The notes under the pieces were generated by a model. The model did no database searches and had not been told where the DNA came from. It saw only the letters and a list, made by a program, of their open reading frames with translations. DNA of 54,276 nucleotides from a virus (taxonomy: Duplodnaviria > Caudoviricetes), in the IMG/VR virus record IMGVR_UViG_3300020172_002575, positions 1 through 54,276 of that record, one strand, 5' to 3'. The translations under genes and the position numbers were made by a program. This document shows, piece by piece, positions 1 to 9,803 of this stretch. Within the stretch, counting starts at the first letter, position 1. Each line of letters starts with the position of its first letter.

Positions 1-111
1 AATGTGTCTTATACTCTTGCCAATGGAACACATTGGTTAACTACAGTATCTAATGTGGCTGCGGCACTAGACCAAATTGCTGCAAGATTGTACGCACTTG
101 AGAACCCATAA
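1..111 (+). CDS. 3' end of an upstream virion/fibre-type protein (partial)
   Basis: Frame 1 is open to TAA at 109-111 (NVSYTLANGTHWLTTVSNVAAALDQIAARLYALENP) and precedes structural genes. Confidence 0.55.
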   Translation, partial: NVSYTLANGTHWLTTVSNVAAALDQIAARLYALENP

Positions 112-118
112 AATTGAG

Positions 119-124
119 TAAATA
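119..124 (+). promoter_or_regulatory. Putative late promoter (TAAATA, T4 TATAAATA-like)
   Basis: Motif lies just upstream of the tail fibre gene and recurs before many genes in the window. Confidence 0.55.
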
Positions 125-142
125 TAGAATAACGGAATAAAA

Positions 143-2563
143 ATGGCATATACATCAATTAACATCGGAATTGAACCAAATGACGGTACAGGTAGTCCGC
201 TTCGAACAGCATTTGATGCGGTAAATGATAACTTTCAAATTATCAACGACGGCCTGTACGCTGGCACTAGGCAAACTATTATCAGTGCTCTAAGTGCTCA
301 GAGTGAATATTTTCTTTCAAACACTTACATTTTAGCAAATACATACGTCAGTGCGAACAGTCTGATTGGTAATAGTGTCACTAGTAATGGTAATCTTTTT
401 GTTAGTCAAGGTGGTGCATTTATCTATGGTAATGTTAATATTGTTGGTAATTTGACTGTAACAGGATCACAGCAATCTACACAAACTTCAAGTGCAACTT
501 CGCCTATTATTTTAATTCATGCCAATGCTGCTCCGTATACATCAAATGATAATAAAGATATTGGATTAGAATGGCAGTATTTTGATACAACCGACAAGTA
601 TGCTTTTTTAGGTTGGCAAAACACTTCAGGCAGTTTAGTCTATTTAGATAATATAACCGATACTGCTAATATTATTACTAGTGGCTCGTTTGGTAATGTG
701 CAATTTGGTCAGCTATTATTAAGTAATACCACAGCAGCAACTAGCAATATTACAGGTGCCTTGCAAGTGGCCGGTGGTGCAGGAATCCAAGGCAATGTTT
801 ATGTACAGAGCAATGTGTTTGTAGGCAATAATGCCAACGTAGCCAATCTCACAGTAAGAGGATTCCATGTAGGAAGTCTAAGATTTTCCGGAGCTGATAC
901 TGTTTTAATTAACGGTAGCCCGGTGCAGACTGCTGCACAAGCATTCAATGGCGGTACAATTGGATTACAAACCATTTTTGCCGACTTAACAACATCAACT
1001 GGACTGGGTACAGGTGCGGTAAGGATTGCAGGAGGATTTAGTGCTAACGGTAATGTATTTGTCAGCAACTTACACACAATCGCCGGTGGTAATATTAGAT
1101 CAAATATTCTTGGTAATGTCATTACCAGTAATCAGCCGTTTATAACAACTCTAGGAACCCTAGCAACTCTAAACGTTTCAGGACAAACCTCAACAGCAAA
1201 TATTATACCCAACACAGATAATCAACGTTGGTTGGGTACTCCAGGTAGTAGATGGCAACAGGCCCATATTTTTAATTTAACACCTGCTCAAATTACCGGT
1301 ACTGTCAGTTTTACCGGCGTACCAAATTTTGGATCAAATATTTTAGCTACCGCTGGTACAGATAGTACAGATAAAACATCTGGCGCAGTTGTAATTACAG
1401 GATTTGGTGGACTTGGAGTAGGAGGCACTATTCATGTTGGTGGTAATATTTACATTGACAACATCAATGATGCATCTGGTTTAATTGCTTCAACTACCAA
1501 CGCATATGTATTCAACGAAGTTGCTAAGGAAATTTATATTGGCCAAGCCGGTGTTACTAGATTTGGTAATACCACCAAAGCAACTGCATTGTCTACAGGT
1601 GCAGTACAAGTTACATCGGGTGGTATGAGTATTAACTCGGGTAATTTATATATTGGAGGCTCAGCCGGCAATGCTATTATTGCTACTGGTAATATTAGTG
1701 CAACCGGAAATATTGTAGCTTCTACTAATTTATTTTCGCACGGTAATATCATTGGCGGATTAGGAACTAGAGGGTTCCTGGGAAATATTTATGGTTCTCC
1801 TACAACAGGCAACACTCATGTGGGATCACATTTCCGACCTACTGCAAACGTTACTCTGAATCTTGGTGAGTTTTTCCTAAGATACAATACTGTCTACGCC
1901 AATGTTGTTAACTCTTATTTTGTATCTGCAGCCAACGTTATTACATCTAACGTAGAAACACAAAATCTAACAACAGGTAGTATTGTGGCCGGTGGTGGCA
2001 TGTTCACTGGAGCAGTAAATGCCCCAACTGCTGCTCCAGGCACTAGTACAGGACAGCTGGCTACTACAGAATTTGTTATTAACAACACACTACCAGCTGG
2101 CGCATTAATTATGTGGTCAACTGGATCAGCACCAGTAGGATGGTTGTTGTGTCAGGGCCAAGCTGTTTCACGTTCAACATATTCGACCTTGTTTGGAGCA
2201 ATTGGTACTACATTTGGGTCAGGCGATGGATCTAGTACATTTAACCTACCAGATTATAGAAATCGAATGCCAGTTGGCGCCGGAACTTTGTATTCAGTTG
2301 GTTCAACAGGTGGTAGCAAAGATGCTGTTGTAGTTGATCACTCGCATAGTTTAAGCGGTGGTGGTGTCAGTGGAACTTTTGTCACTGGAATCTCCACATC
2401 GAGTTCTAGCTTTGATACCCTTGGTTCAAGTGCAATTACCAATATATTCACTTCAACTGGATCTCCAAGTTATACGAATCCTACAGTACAATCTACTGGA
2501 TCATCGGGGACCAATGCAAACATGCCACCGTACTTGGGTATACAGTTTATTATAAAAACATAA
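143..2563 (+). CDS. Tail fibre protein with C-terminal tail-collar domain
   Basis: N-terminal INIGxxPNDGTGxxLRxAFxxxNxNF (T4 gp9/gp10-like attachment motif); G/N/T-rich repeats; collar motif LPAGALIMW..APVGWLLCQG..FNLPDYR. Confidence 0.9.
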   Translation: MAYTSINIGIEPNDGTGSPLRTAFDAVNDNFQIINDGLYAGTRQTIISALSAQSEYFLSNTYILANTYVSANSLIGNSVTSNGNLFVSQGGAFIYGNVNIVGNLTVTGSQQSTQTSSATSPIILIHANAAPYTSNDNKDIGLEWQYFDTTDKYAFLGWQNTSGSLVYLDNITDTANIITSGSFGNVQFGQLLLSNTTAATSNITGALQVAGGAGIQGNVYVQSNVFVGNNANVANLTVRGFHVGSLRFSGADTVLINGSPVQTAAQAFNGGTIGLQTIFADLTTSTGLGTGAVRIAGGFSANGNVFVSNLHTIAGGNIRSNILGNVITSNQPFITTLGTLATLNVSGQTSTANIIPNTDNQRWLGTPGSRWQQAHIFNLTPAQITGTVSFTGVPNFGSNILATAGTDSTDKTSGAVVITGFGGLGVGGTIHVGGNIYIDNINDASGLIASTTNAYVFNEVAKEIYIGQAGVTRFGNTTKATALSTGAVQVTSGGMSINSGNLYIGGSAGNAIIATGNISATGNIVASTNLFSHGNIIGGLGTRGFLGNIYGSPTTGNTHVGSHFRPTANVTLNLGEFFLRYNTVYANVVNSYFVSAANVITSNVETQNLTTGSIVAGGGMFTGAVNAPTAAPGTSTGQLATTEFVINNTLPAGALIMWSTGSAPVGWLLCQGQAVSRSTYSTLFGAIGTTFGSGDGSSTFNLPDYRNRMPVGAGTLYSVGSTGGSKDAVVVDHSHSLSGGGVSGTFVTGISTSSSSFDTLGSSAITNIFTSTGSPSYTNPTVQSTGSSGTNANMPPYLGIQFIIKT

Positions 2564-5500
2564 TGAGTACAATTAATTGGATTACTAAAAAAGGCGATTT
2601 AGGTACTGTACCAGAATCGCAGTTTTTCTCTCAACAGTTCGAAGCTGTTGACAGTGATGCACAACCTTTAATTTACAGTTTTATCAGCGGTGAATTGCCC
2701 GGTGGAATGTATATAACCAGAACCGGGGAATTACGCGGAGTACCAACAATCTTAAGTTCTGTATCTCAAACTGCGGTTTATGCATTTACAGTAAGAGCAA
2801 TTAACCCGCAAGGCAAGGTAGCAGATAGATCGTTTTCTATTAGTGTTAGTAATGTAGCAGGTCCTCAAATATTTCCTAGACCCAATCTTGTTGGAGCTTT
2901 TTTTGATGGAGAATATTTAGAATATCAATTCTCATCTATAAATGATAACCCTGCTGCTACACAAACATGGAGTGTGCTAACAGGAAATTTACCTCCAGGA
3001 ACTACTTTATCAGCTGATGGTAAACTATCTGGTTATCTTGAGGTTGTTGCATCAAATACAGACTTATTGGGATTCGAAGCAACAGGTATAGAATCTGTTG
3101 TTTATGATGTTCTACCTGAAAGTACAGATCGAAACTATAATTTTACTTTACAAGTTAGTGATGGTTCTAAATTTGACACTCTTAATGTAAGAGTTTTAGT
3201 TGTTAGTAAAGGAAATTTTACTGGTGATAATGATATTACATTAATTAACAATACTTTTTTAACCATTGACCAAGACAATCGTTATCGCCCAATTATTCTA
3301 AACGCACCAGATTCTTTGCCAATTAGAGTGGTAGGAGATACATTTGCCTACAAATTTTTAGCATATGACCCTGAGGACGAGGACATTTCCTGGAAAGTAG
3401 ACGAATTGGCATTTAGTGGTATGGATGACCTAGATGCTGCTGTTGATCAGATTATAACTGGTGCAGGCAATGCAGGTCCGTATACATTAGACGAACCCAG
3501 CGGAGCAAGTGAAATATGTGTTAGAGTCAATGATGTTTTATTAACTCCTCTTAAAGATTATAATACCGCACTTAATCAATTGACTTTTACTAATTATTCA
3601 ATTACTAGTGTAGTCAGAACAAACGACGAAGTTGTAGCAACATTATCAACTCCTCATGCATACGTAGCAGGGGATATAATTGATGTATATGGAGTTACCA
3701 ATACAACGTTTAACGGAAGATTTATTGTTAAAGAAGCTGTTTCAGATTATGTACTAAAATATAATCAAGGAGCAACTGACGCCACTTCTTCAAACGGCAC
3801 GTTAGCAACAAGAGCTCCTAATGCTACAGACGTAGTCGAAGTTCTTTATATCAGCAGTACAACCGGCTTTGATACAATTTTATTTGATCAAGGACAGGAA
3901 GGAATATCAGCACTTGGATTACAAATTAGTCAAGACACTGGATGGTTATATGGTACTCTGCCACCTCAGGTTGGTGATTTAGAAACGTATTCTATTGTTG
4001 TTCGAGCATATCGTAGTCTGAACGTTGATTATTTAAGTGATCCGGTCGCTTTCAGATTAACAGTCAAACGAACCAGAAATGAAGAAATCATATGGAACAC
4101 TCCGCCTGATCTAGGCTACATCGATAACGGGTCAATCAGTGAAGTGACCATTAGTGCCACAAACACTGTAGGCAAAGAACTAGAATATAGTTTAGTATAT
4201 GAACCGTATCGCAGGGTTCCCCAAGGTCTTCGAATGTTAAGATCCGGGCAGTTTGTTGGCAAAGTTACTTTTAGATATTTTAGTTTAGACAGTGCAAGAG
4301 GCTTCTTGCCAATGACAACCGTCGAAGGTATAGAAGTAGGAATGAGTGTTCAAGGAGTTGGTGTTGCTGCAGGCTGTGAAGTGGCTGATATTCTTGAAGA
4401 CAATATCATTGAAGTTCGCCCGGCAATTTATGTTGTACAAGGCTCTCCTCTAACTTTTAGTAACGATGAAAATACCATTGTTATAAACACTATAGCAAAC
4501 GCTATTTCTACTGTCATTGACGGCGGAGACACTACCTTTGACCAAGATTGTAGATTTAGTGTCAAGGCAGAAGCCATTGACAAGTCTATATCATCTGTTA
4601 ATAATTTTGTTATTCATGTAAGGCCGCGTAATCTTGCACCTTTTGAAAATTTATATTTAAAAGCTCTTCCAAAAGAAGAGCAAAGACTAGCCTTAAAGAA
4701 TATACTAGAAGATACCAATATTGTTCCAAGAGAATTGTTGTATAGACCAGACGATGCCTTTTTTGGTTTACAAAAGAACTTAAAGTTTTTATTTTTACCC
4801 GGACTAAGTGCTTCAAAAGCGGGTGTTGTTATTAATTCTATTGCACTAAATCATTATACTAAATCTCTAAATTTTGGTAATATAAGAACAGCACGGGCAG
4901 TTAATAATAACGGTACAATTGACTACGAAGTGGTTTATGCTGATGTAATTGACAATCAACAATTTGATACTGTAGGTCCACCATTAAGTGTAAATCTTAC
5001 AAATAAAAATAAGTTTAAATTTGGAACATCAGAATACAACACAATATATCCTAACAGTTTTAACAACATGCAAAATCGTTTAGAAGAAGGCCTAGGATAC
5101 TCTAATAGAGGAGCTTTGCCTAGATGGATGACTAGCGTACAGGAAGATGGTCGAGTATTAGGTTTAACTAGAGCAGTAGTATTAGCTTATACTAAACCAG
5201 GAGCATCAAAGTTAATTGCTTATAGATTAAAAAATAGTGGCTATAAATTAAACTCAATTGATTTTGTAGTTGACAGATATCAATGGGATAACTATCTGTC
5301 AAAATTCTATGACACTGATACAAATAGATTTTTACCAAGTAGAGACACAACTTTTGACAAATATCCTAATTTGGGTGTGGGCAGTGATGTTATTGTTGGT
5401 AGTGTCATATTTCCAGTTAATAACTCCAATACACTTGTTATTACAGATAATTTAAAAATTGGATATGGATGGATTTGTGGACCCACAGACACGCTAGCAG

Positions 5501-6315
5501 AAGTTTCTGCAAATACAGCGGTCAGATCTGTTGAACTTACATCAGTCAATGGGCAACGGGCTTTAAACATGGTGCTATCATCTAATATCACTGCATCGGT
5601 GGGTGCCGTATTAAAATTTGATGGATCTGCTCGAGTTGACTATGCTGTTTCTGGACCATTTAGTCAGATTAATGGTAATACAGTTGAAAATGTAAAACGA
5701 CTTGGGTTAATTGATGGAATAACAAATTTTGTAGAAAACGAATTAATCATTTTTGCCAATCAGGCAAATTTTGGCGATGACTATTATAATGATGGGTGGG
5801 TTTTAACTGACGGAATTACTACTGTGCCTGGATACTTGGATAAACTTTCAGGATTAAGTACAGTTAATCAGCGCGGGGGTGTATGGCAAATGACATGGGA
5901 GTCAATGGTACCGCTAGGGTTTGACAATCCTACCGTTGGGTTTGACGAAGCTAGCCCGGGTTTTGCATATTCAAGGTTTGATCAAGGTGATGACGCAGAA
6001 ATTAAACTAGTATTCCAAAATGAGTGTAATTTAGCCCAGACAGTCAAAGTCAGAACTGGTAAAAGTTATCCCTCAAGTACCCTACAATATAGACAGTCTG
6101 CTGGCGAAGTTGTTCCAAGATACAGAATATTTACAGGTTCGTTAGCTAGCGAAGAAACAACTTTTGACGGGGGCAGTTGTCAGTGCCGCGAAGGCGACCC
6201 AGGAAAAGGCGGTGTACGTGGTGGTACAGCCTTTAGTAATAACAGAGACAAATATATCATTCCAGAATCTGAGGATAAATATATCAAGTTCCCACAAAAT
6301 GGAGTATTCGTATAA
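2563..6315 (+). CDS. Large virion structural (baseplate/tail) protein with Ig-like repeats
   Basis: Repeated GxLPxG..G.L.G.P..Y.FTV Ig-like (He_PIG-type) modules; translationally coupled to the fibre gene. Confidence 0.75.
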   Translation: MSTINWITKKGDLGTVPESQFFSQQFEAVDSDAQPLIYSFISGELPGGMYITRTGELRGVPTILSSVSQTAVYAFTVRAINPQGKVADRSFSISVSNVAGPQIFPRPNLVGAFFDGEYLEYQFSSINDNPAATQTWSVLTGNLPPGTTLSADGKLSGYLEVVASNTDLLGFEATGIESVVYDVLPESTDRNYNFTLQVSDGSKFDTLNVRVLVVSKGNFTGDNDITLINNTFLTIDQDNRYRPIILNAPDSLPIRVVGDTFAYKFLAYDPEDEDISWKVDELAFSGMDDLDAAVDQIITGAGNAGPYTLDEPSGASEICVRVNDVLLTPLKDYNTALNQLTFTNYSITSVVRTNDEVVATLSTPHAYVAGDIIDVYGVTNTTFNGRFIVKEAVSDYVLKYNQGATDATSSNGTLATRAPNATDVVEVLYISSTTGFDTILFDQGQEGISALGLQISQDTGWLYGTLPPQVGDLETYSIVVRAYRSLNVDYLSDPVAFRLTVKRTRNEEIIWNTPPDLGYIDNGSISEVTISATNTVGKELEYSLVYEPYRRVPQGLRMLRSGQFVGKVTFRYFSLDSARGFLPMTTVEGIEVGMSVQGVGVAAGCEVADILEDNIIEVRPAIYVVQGSPLTFSNDENTIVINTIANAISTVIDGGDTTFDQDCRFSVKAEAIDKSISSVNNFVIHVRPRNLAPFENLYLKALPKEEQRLALKNILEDTNIVPRELLYRPDDAFFGLQKNLKFLFLPGLSASKAGVVINSIALNHYTKSLNFGNIRTARAVNNNGTIDYEVVYADVIDNQQFDTVGPPLSVNLTNKNKFKFGTSEYNTIYPNSFNNMQNRLEEGLGYSNRGALPRWMTSVQEDGRVLGLTRAVVLAYTKPGASKLIAYRLKNSGYKLNSIDFVVDRYQWDNYLSKFYDTDTNRFLPSRDTTFDKYPNLGVGSDVIVGSVIFPVNNSNTLVITDNLKIGYGWICGPTDTLAEVSANTAVRSVELTSVNGQRALNMVLSSNITASVGAVLKFDGSARVDYAVSGPFSQINGNTVENVKRLGLIDGITNFVENELIIFANQANFGDDYYNDGWVLTDGITTVPGYLDKLSGLSTVNQRGGVWQMTWESMVPLGFDNPTVGFDEASPGFAYSRFDQGDDAEIKLVFQNECNLAQTVKVRTGKSYPSSTLQYRQSAGEVVPRYRIFTGSLASEETTFDGGSCQCREGDPGKGGVRGGTAFSNNRDKYIIPESEDKYIKFPQNGVFV

Positions 6316-7404
6316 ATGACAAGCCAAGTAAATCCAAATAATATTGACGGTACATATCCCGTTGCAGGCCAAGACAACGACAGTCAAGGTTTCCGTGATA
6401 ATTTTACCAACATTCGTAATAATTTTACCTATGTAAAAGCCGAACTTGAAGACATTCAAAATAAGTCTGTTTTTAAATCTGCTCTGAGCAATACCACGCT
6501 GGAAAACGACCTATTGGGTAATGCCATTGTAGGTGCAAGTTTAACCAGCTACAGAGAAACTTACAACAACATTGGTGCTGTAGGAGGAGCGTTTACAGTA
6601 GATTTTGCCAGAGGTAATTTCCAAAAAATTACTATTTCTTCGCCCGGCGCAGCAATACTGTCGTTGGACTTTCCAAGTAATGCAGCAAATCAGAATGCCA
6701 AAGTGGTACTTTGGGTAAATGTAAGCACTCCTGGATATTCATTGACTGTTCCTGGTACCGTATCTTTGGGTGATAAAGATACTATTGCTGGAATGGTTGG
6801 TAATACAATTACTTTTAGTGCAATTGAATTAGCCAATACCAATGATTTTTTCTTTGAGTTTAGCACTGTTGATTATGGATCAACTATTGCAATTAAAGAT
6901 TTAACTAGAAACAGAGCGTACAATTTTAGTGGATTAACGGTTTCTGGAGGCAACATTGTTGCTAATAGCACTACAGTTTCCACTTCTGCCACTACTGGTG
7001 CATTAGTTGTTAGAGGTGGCGTTGGTATTGCCGGTAATACTTTTGTAAACGGTAATTTAATAATTAATAATGGTATAATTAACCCAGATTATTTCATTGC
7101 CAATGTTGTAACTGATCAAAATCTTGTTGCCAATGTTGACTACAACAGATTTATTGCCAACTGTAGTCCAACTGGTACTGTTGCCAATTTGTTTATTACT
7201 TTACCTAATTCAGCCGAAGATGGTAGGATTCTAGATATTACTTCAATGACCGCCATTACCAGTTGCTTTGTTTCTAACATGACTCCAGCAGTTACTTCCG
7301 TCTATGGGTTAGCAAACAATTGGTCTGCTACTGCAAGCCTGACTAATTCTGTTTCTGTTAAACTCATGTACAGTTCTTCTGTGGCACGTTGGTTTAAAAT
7401 TTAA
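6316..7404 (+). CDS. Virion structural protein
   Basis: N-terminal YPVAGQDNDSQGFRDNF motif; shares the TGALxVxGGxGIxGN repeat with the fibre protein. Confidence 0.7.
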   Translation: MTSQVNPNNIDGTYPVAGQDNDSQGFRDNFTNIRNNFTYVKAELEDIQNKSVFKSALSNTTLENDLLGNAIVGASLTSYRETYNNIGAVGGAFTVDFARGNFQKITISSPGAAILSLDFPSNAANQNAKVVLWVNVSTPGYSLTVPGTVSLGDKDTIAGMVGNTITFSAIELANTNDFFFEFSTVDYGSTIAIKDLTRNRAYNFSGLTVSGGNIVANSTTVSTSATTGALVVRGGVGIAGNTFVNGNLIINNGIINPDYFIANVVTDQNLVANVDYNRFIANCSPTGTVANLFITLPNSAEDGRILDITSMTAITSCFVSNMTPAVTSVYGLANNWSATASLTNSVSVKLMYSSSVARWFKI

Positions 7405-7416
7405 TAATCTAAATCA

Positions 7417-7445
7417 TTGACTCCTAGATTTGCATAGTTTATAAT
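7417..7445 (+). promoter_or_regulatory. Sigma70-type promoter
   Basis: TTGACT (7417-7422), 17 bp spacer, TATAAT (7440-7445). Confidence 0.8.
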
Positions 7446-7466
7446 TGTGCAAACTAGGAGTTTTTT
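7420..7466 (+). terminator. Intrinsic terminator hairpin ending the structural operon
   Basis: ACTCCTAG-A-TTTGCATAGTT pairs with AATTGTGCAAA-CTAGGAGT, followed by a T run. Confidence 0.7.
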
Positions 7467-7901
7467 ATGACCGTAGATTTAAATAGATACTCAGAATTTG
7501 TAAAAGCAGTAACTTCTAAACCGTCAAATGATCTGACCACTTTTATGAACCGTTTAGACGAACTAGACGGTAATTGGGATAGCGAAAAACAAGCACACGG
7601 TCCGGACATCAATGTACCGCTATTGCTTACAGCAGCACTAGGACTCGCTGCCGAAACTGGCGAGTTTTGTGAAATTCCAAAAAAGATTTATTTTCAAGGT
7701 AAACCATTAAATGAAGAAAATCTATTCCATATGAAACGCGAGCTAGGCGATATTATGTGGTACTGGATTAATGCTTGCAGAGCTTTAAATATAGATCCAA
7801 ATGATGTCATTGAAGAAAATGTAAATAAACTAAAAGCTAGATATCCAGGAGGCGAATTTGATGTGCATCGCTCTGAGAATAGACAAACTGGAGACATTTA
7901 G
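7467..7901 (+). CDS. mazG: MazG-like nucleotide pyrophosphohydrolase
   Basis: GLAAETGEFCEIPKK...ELGDIMWY...N..KL..RYP motif. Confidence 0.88.
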   Translation: MTVDLNRYSEFVKAVTSKPSNDLTTFMNRLDELDGNWDSEKQAHGPDINVPLLLTAALGLAAETGEFCEIPKKIYFQGKPLNEENLFHMKRELGDIMWYWINACRALNIDPNDVIEENVNKLKARYPGGEFDVHRSENRQTGDI

Positions 7902-7972
7902 TGCAGGCCTGGGTCAATGATTTTCCTCCGTTAAATTTATGGAATTGGCCTAGTTTTAATATAGGAGATCTT

Positions 7973-8212
7973 ATGCACCCACTTGTTCCAAATTTATCTG
8001 AGTTGTCAAACGAAGATCTACATAAGAAATACAATGAATTAATGCAAAAAATGAATCAGGCCTATCGTTTTGGTCCTACCAGCGTTATTCCTCAAATGCA
8101 AATGATATTAGAAAATTACAAGCACGAAATGGATACACGTAATCGTAAGGTTATGGAAGAAATGGAAGCCAAAGCTGATAAATTTAAAGGTTTAATAGAT
8201 ATTCAAAAATGA
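7973..8212 (+). CDS. Hypothetical coiled-coil protein
   Basis: ORF with AGGAG SD before ATG 7973; alternative GTG start at 7901. Confidence 0.7.
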   Translation: MHPLVPNLSELSNEDLHKKYNELMQKMNQAYRFGPTSVIPQMQMILENYKHEMDTRNRKVMEEMEAKADKFKGLIDIQK

Positions 8213-8721
8213 ATTACAATAAGTTTGGCGTAGCTCATGCTACTACCGATGAAATTTGCGATCTACTCTATCAAAATCCAGAGGTAGATATTTCTAAAAT
8301 TTTAGTCGATGATCCTTACGTGTATAACAATGCTGTAAAAGATTTTTATGCCGATCTTCCTGTTTTGAAATTGTATAATTTAGACACAGCTGACATTAAA
8401 AAATATGACACAGTGAATCAGAGCTTATGGTTTATGTCAGAAGAATATCTTAATTTAGACATTGCACAGTGGCTATTAGATCAATGTAAAACACAAGATG
8501 AAATGCAACGTGTTGGTAAAGAGTTATTGTTATATCAAGAAAGAGATCTGTTTCCTTTACTAAAACAACTCAAATATATAATTGACACCTGGCGTGCCAA
8601 TAACATTGTATGGGGAGTCGGTAGAGGATCCAGTGTTGCTAGTTATGTTTTATATCTAATAGGTGTACATAAAATTAACAGTATGTATTATGATTTAGAT
8701 ATAGAAGAATTCTTACGATAA
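8209..8721 (+). CDS. Short DNA polymerase III alpha (DnaE)-like fragment
   Basis: WGVGRGSSVASYVLYLIGVHKIN..YDLDIEEFL matches the DnaE GPGRGS...FERFL segment; only 170 aa. Confidence 0.78.
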   Translation: MNYNKFGVAHATTDEICDLLYQNPEVDISKILVDDPYVYNNAVKDFYADLPVLKLYNLDTADIKKYDTVNQSLWFMSEEYLNLDIAQWLLDQCKTQDEMQRVGKELLLYQERDLFPLLKQLKYIIDTWRANNIVWGVGRGSSVASYVLYLIGVHKINSMYYDLDIEEFLR

Positions 8722-8724
8722 ATA
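8719..8724 (+). promoter_or_regulatory. Putative late promoter TAAATA
   Basis: Overlaps the upstream stop codon; followed by AAGGAG SD and ATG 8743. Confidence 0.55.
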
Positions 8725-8742
8725 CCGCACAAGGAGACATCA

Positions 8743-9144
8743 ATGAATAAAAGAGTTTATACCACAGCAAATGGTAAACGAATCAATATAGATGCAATTA
8801 TTGCTCAAAATGAAAGCACAATTGCAGTTGGTAATATGAAAGTAAATGCTCGTGGAGATCAATTGGGCCCTGGTGGCAAAGTAGAATTGACTAGGGACAA
8901 GGTTATGCAAGACCACTATAAATTAAATAATCAAATAGCGGTAGATGATCCGCCGCAACCAAGAAAACGCGAAGTTAAAAAAGACATGGTCGACGAATGG
9001 GTAGAACCAATTAATGAAGAAATACCCGAAGTGCCACAAACTTCTGTTCAACCAAAGCTACGAGGCAGTTTGGCTGACTCAGTAGCAAAAAATCAACCAA
9101 TCATAAAAGCCCCTGTAAAACGTTCAGGGCCTTCAAGAATTTAA
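8743..9144 (+). CDS. Hypothetical protein
   Basis: ORF with SD; AVGNMKVNARGDQLG segment. Confidence 0.75.
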   Translation: MNKRVYTTANGKRINIDAIIAQNESTIAVGNMKVNARGDQLGPGGKVELTRDKVMQDHYKLNNQIAVDDPPQPRKREVKKDMVDEWVEPINEEIPEVPQTSVQPKLRGSLADSVAKNQPIIKAPVKRSGPSRI

Positions 9145-9153
9145 GGAGTAATC

Positions 9154-9576
9154 ATGGCAGTTTCAAATCCGTTTGATCAAAAACGAGGATATCAATTTGA
9201 AATAGAAATTGATGGTGAAATCAGGCCACTACATGACAGTGTTATTGTTACTGAAATGGATTTTAGTGGCCGACAACTAGCTAGTGGAGTAATATTACTT
9301 AATGACGACGGTAAAACAGATGGTATTCGTCCGCGATGGGCAAGAGTATATGCTACTGGGCCAGAACAACGCGACGTTAGTGTGGGTCAATGGGTGCTTG
9401 TTGAACACGGAAGATGGAGCCGCGGTCTTAGAATTGTTAAAGACGGAGAAGAAATCGTCATACGTAGAGCGGATCCTAACGCAATTATTTTTGCCACAGA
9501 CACCCAACCAGATGATATAAACACTATTTCAACCGCAGTACATGCCGAGCGTAAAACTCGCGAACAGTACGAATGA
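9154..9576 (+). CDS. groES: GroES/Cpn10-like co-chaperonin (T4 gp31 analogue)
   Basis: IRPLHDSVIV...SGVILL...VYATGP..DVSVGQWVL GroES pattern. Confidence 0.8.
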   Translation: MAVSNPFDQKRGYQFEIEIDGEIRPLHDSVIVTEMDFSGRQLASGVILLNDDGKTDGIRPRWARVYATGPEQRDVSVGQWVLVEHGRWSRGLRIVKDGEEIVIRRADPNAIIFATDTQPDDINTISTAVHAERKTREQYE

Positions 9577-9803
9577 TCAAAAACTGGAACATAGATAACA
9601 TTGTCAGTCAATTACATTCATGCAATTACGCCATGACAGATCCTCGTATGGATGGTTTTGTAACTTGGGGTTGCAAACAAGACCTTTATACTGTAAAATT
9701 TATACTAGATGAAATGTTAGAGAATTCTCCAACATACGTGGGCGAACAAGAATGGCTCGAAGAAAGAGCCAAAGAAAAAACCTGGAAAATTATATCACGA
9801 TAA
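9573..9803 (+). CDS. Hypothetical protein
   Basis: Translationally coupled ORF. Confidence 0.7.
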   Translation: MIKNWNIDNIVSQLHSCNYAMTDPRMDGFVTWGCKQDLYTVKFILDEMLENSPTYVGEQEWLEERAKEKTWKIISR

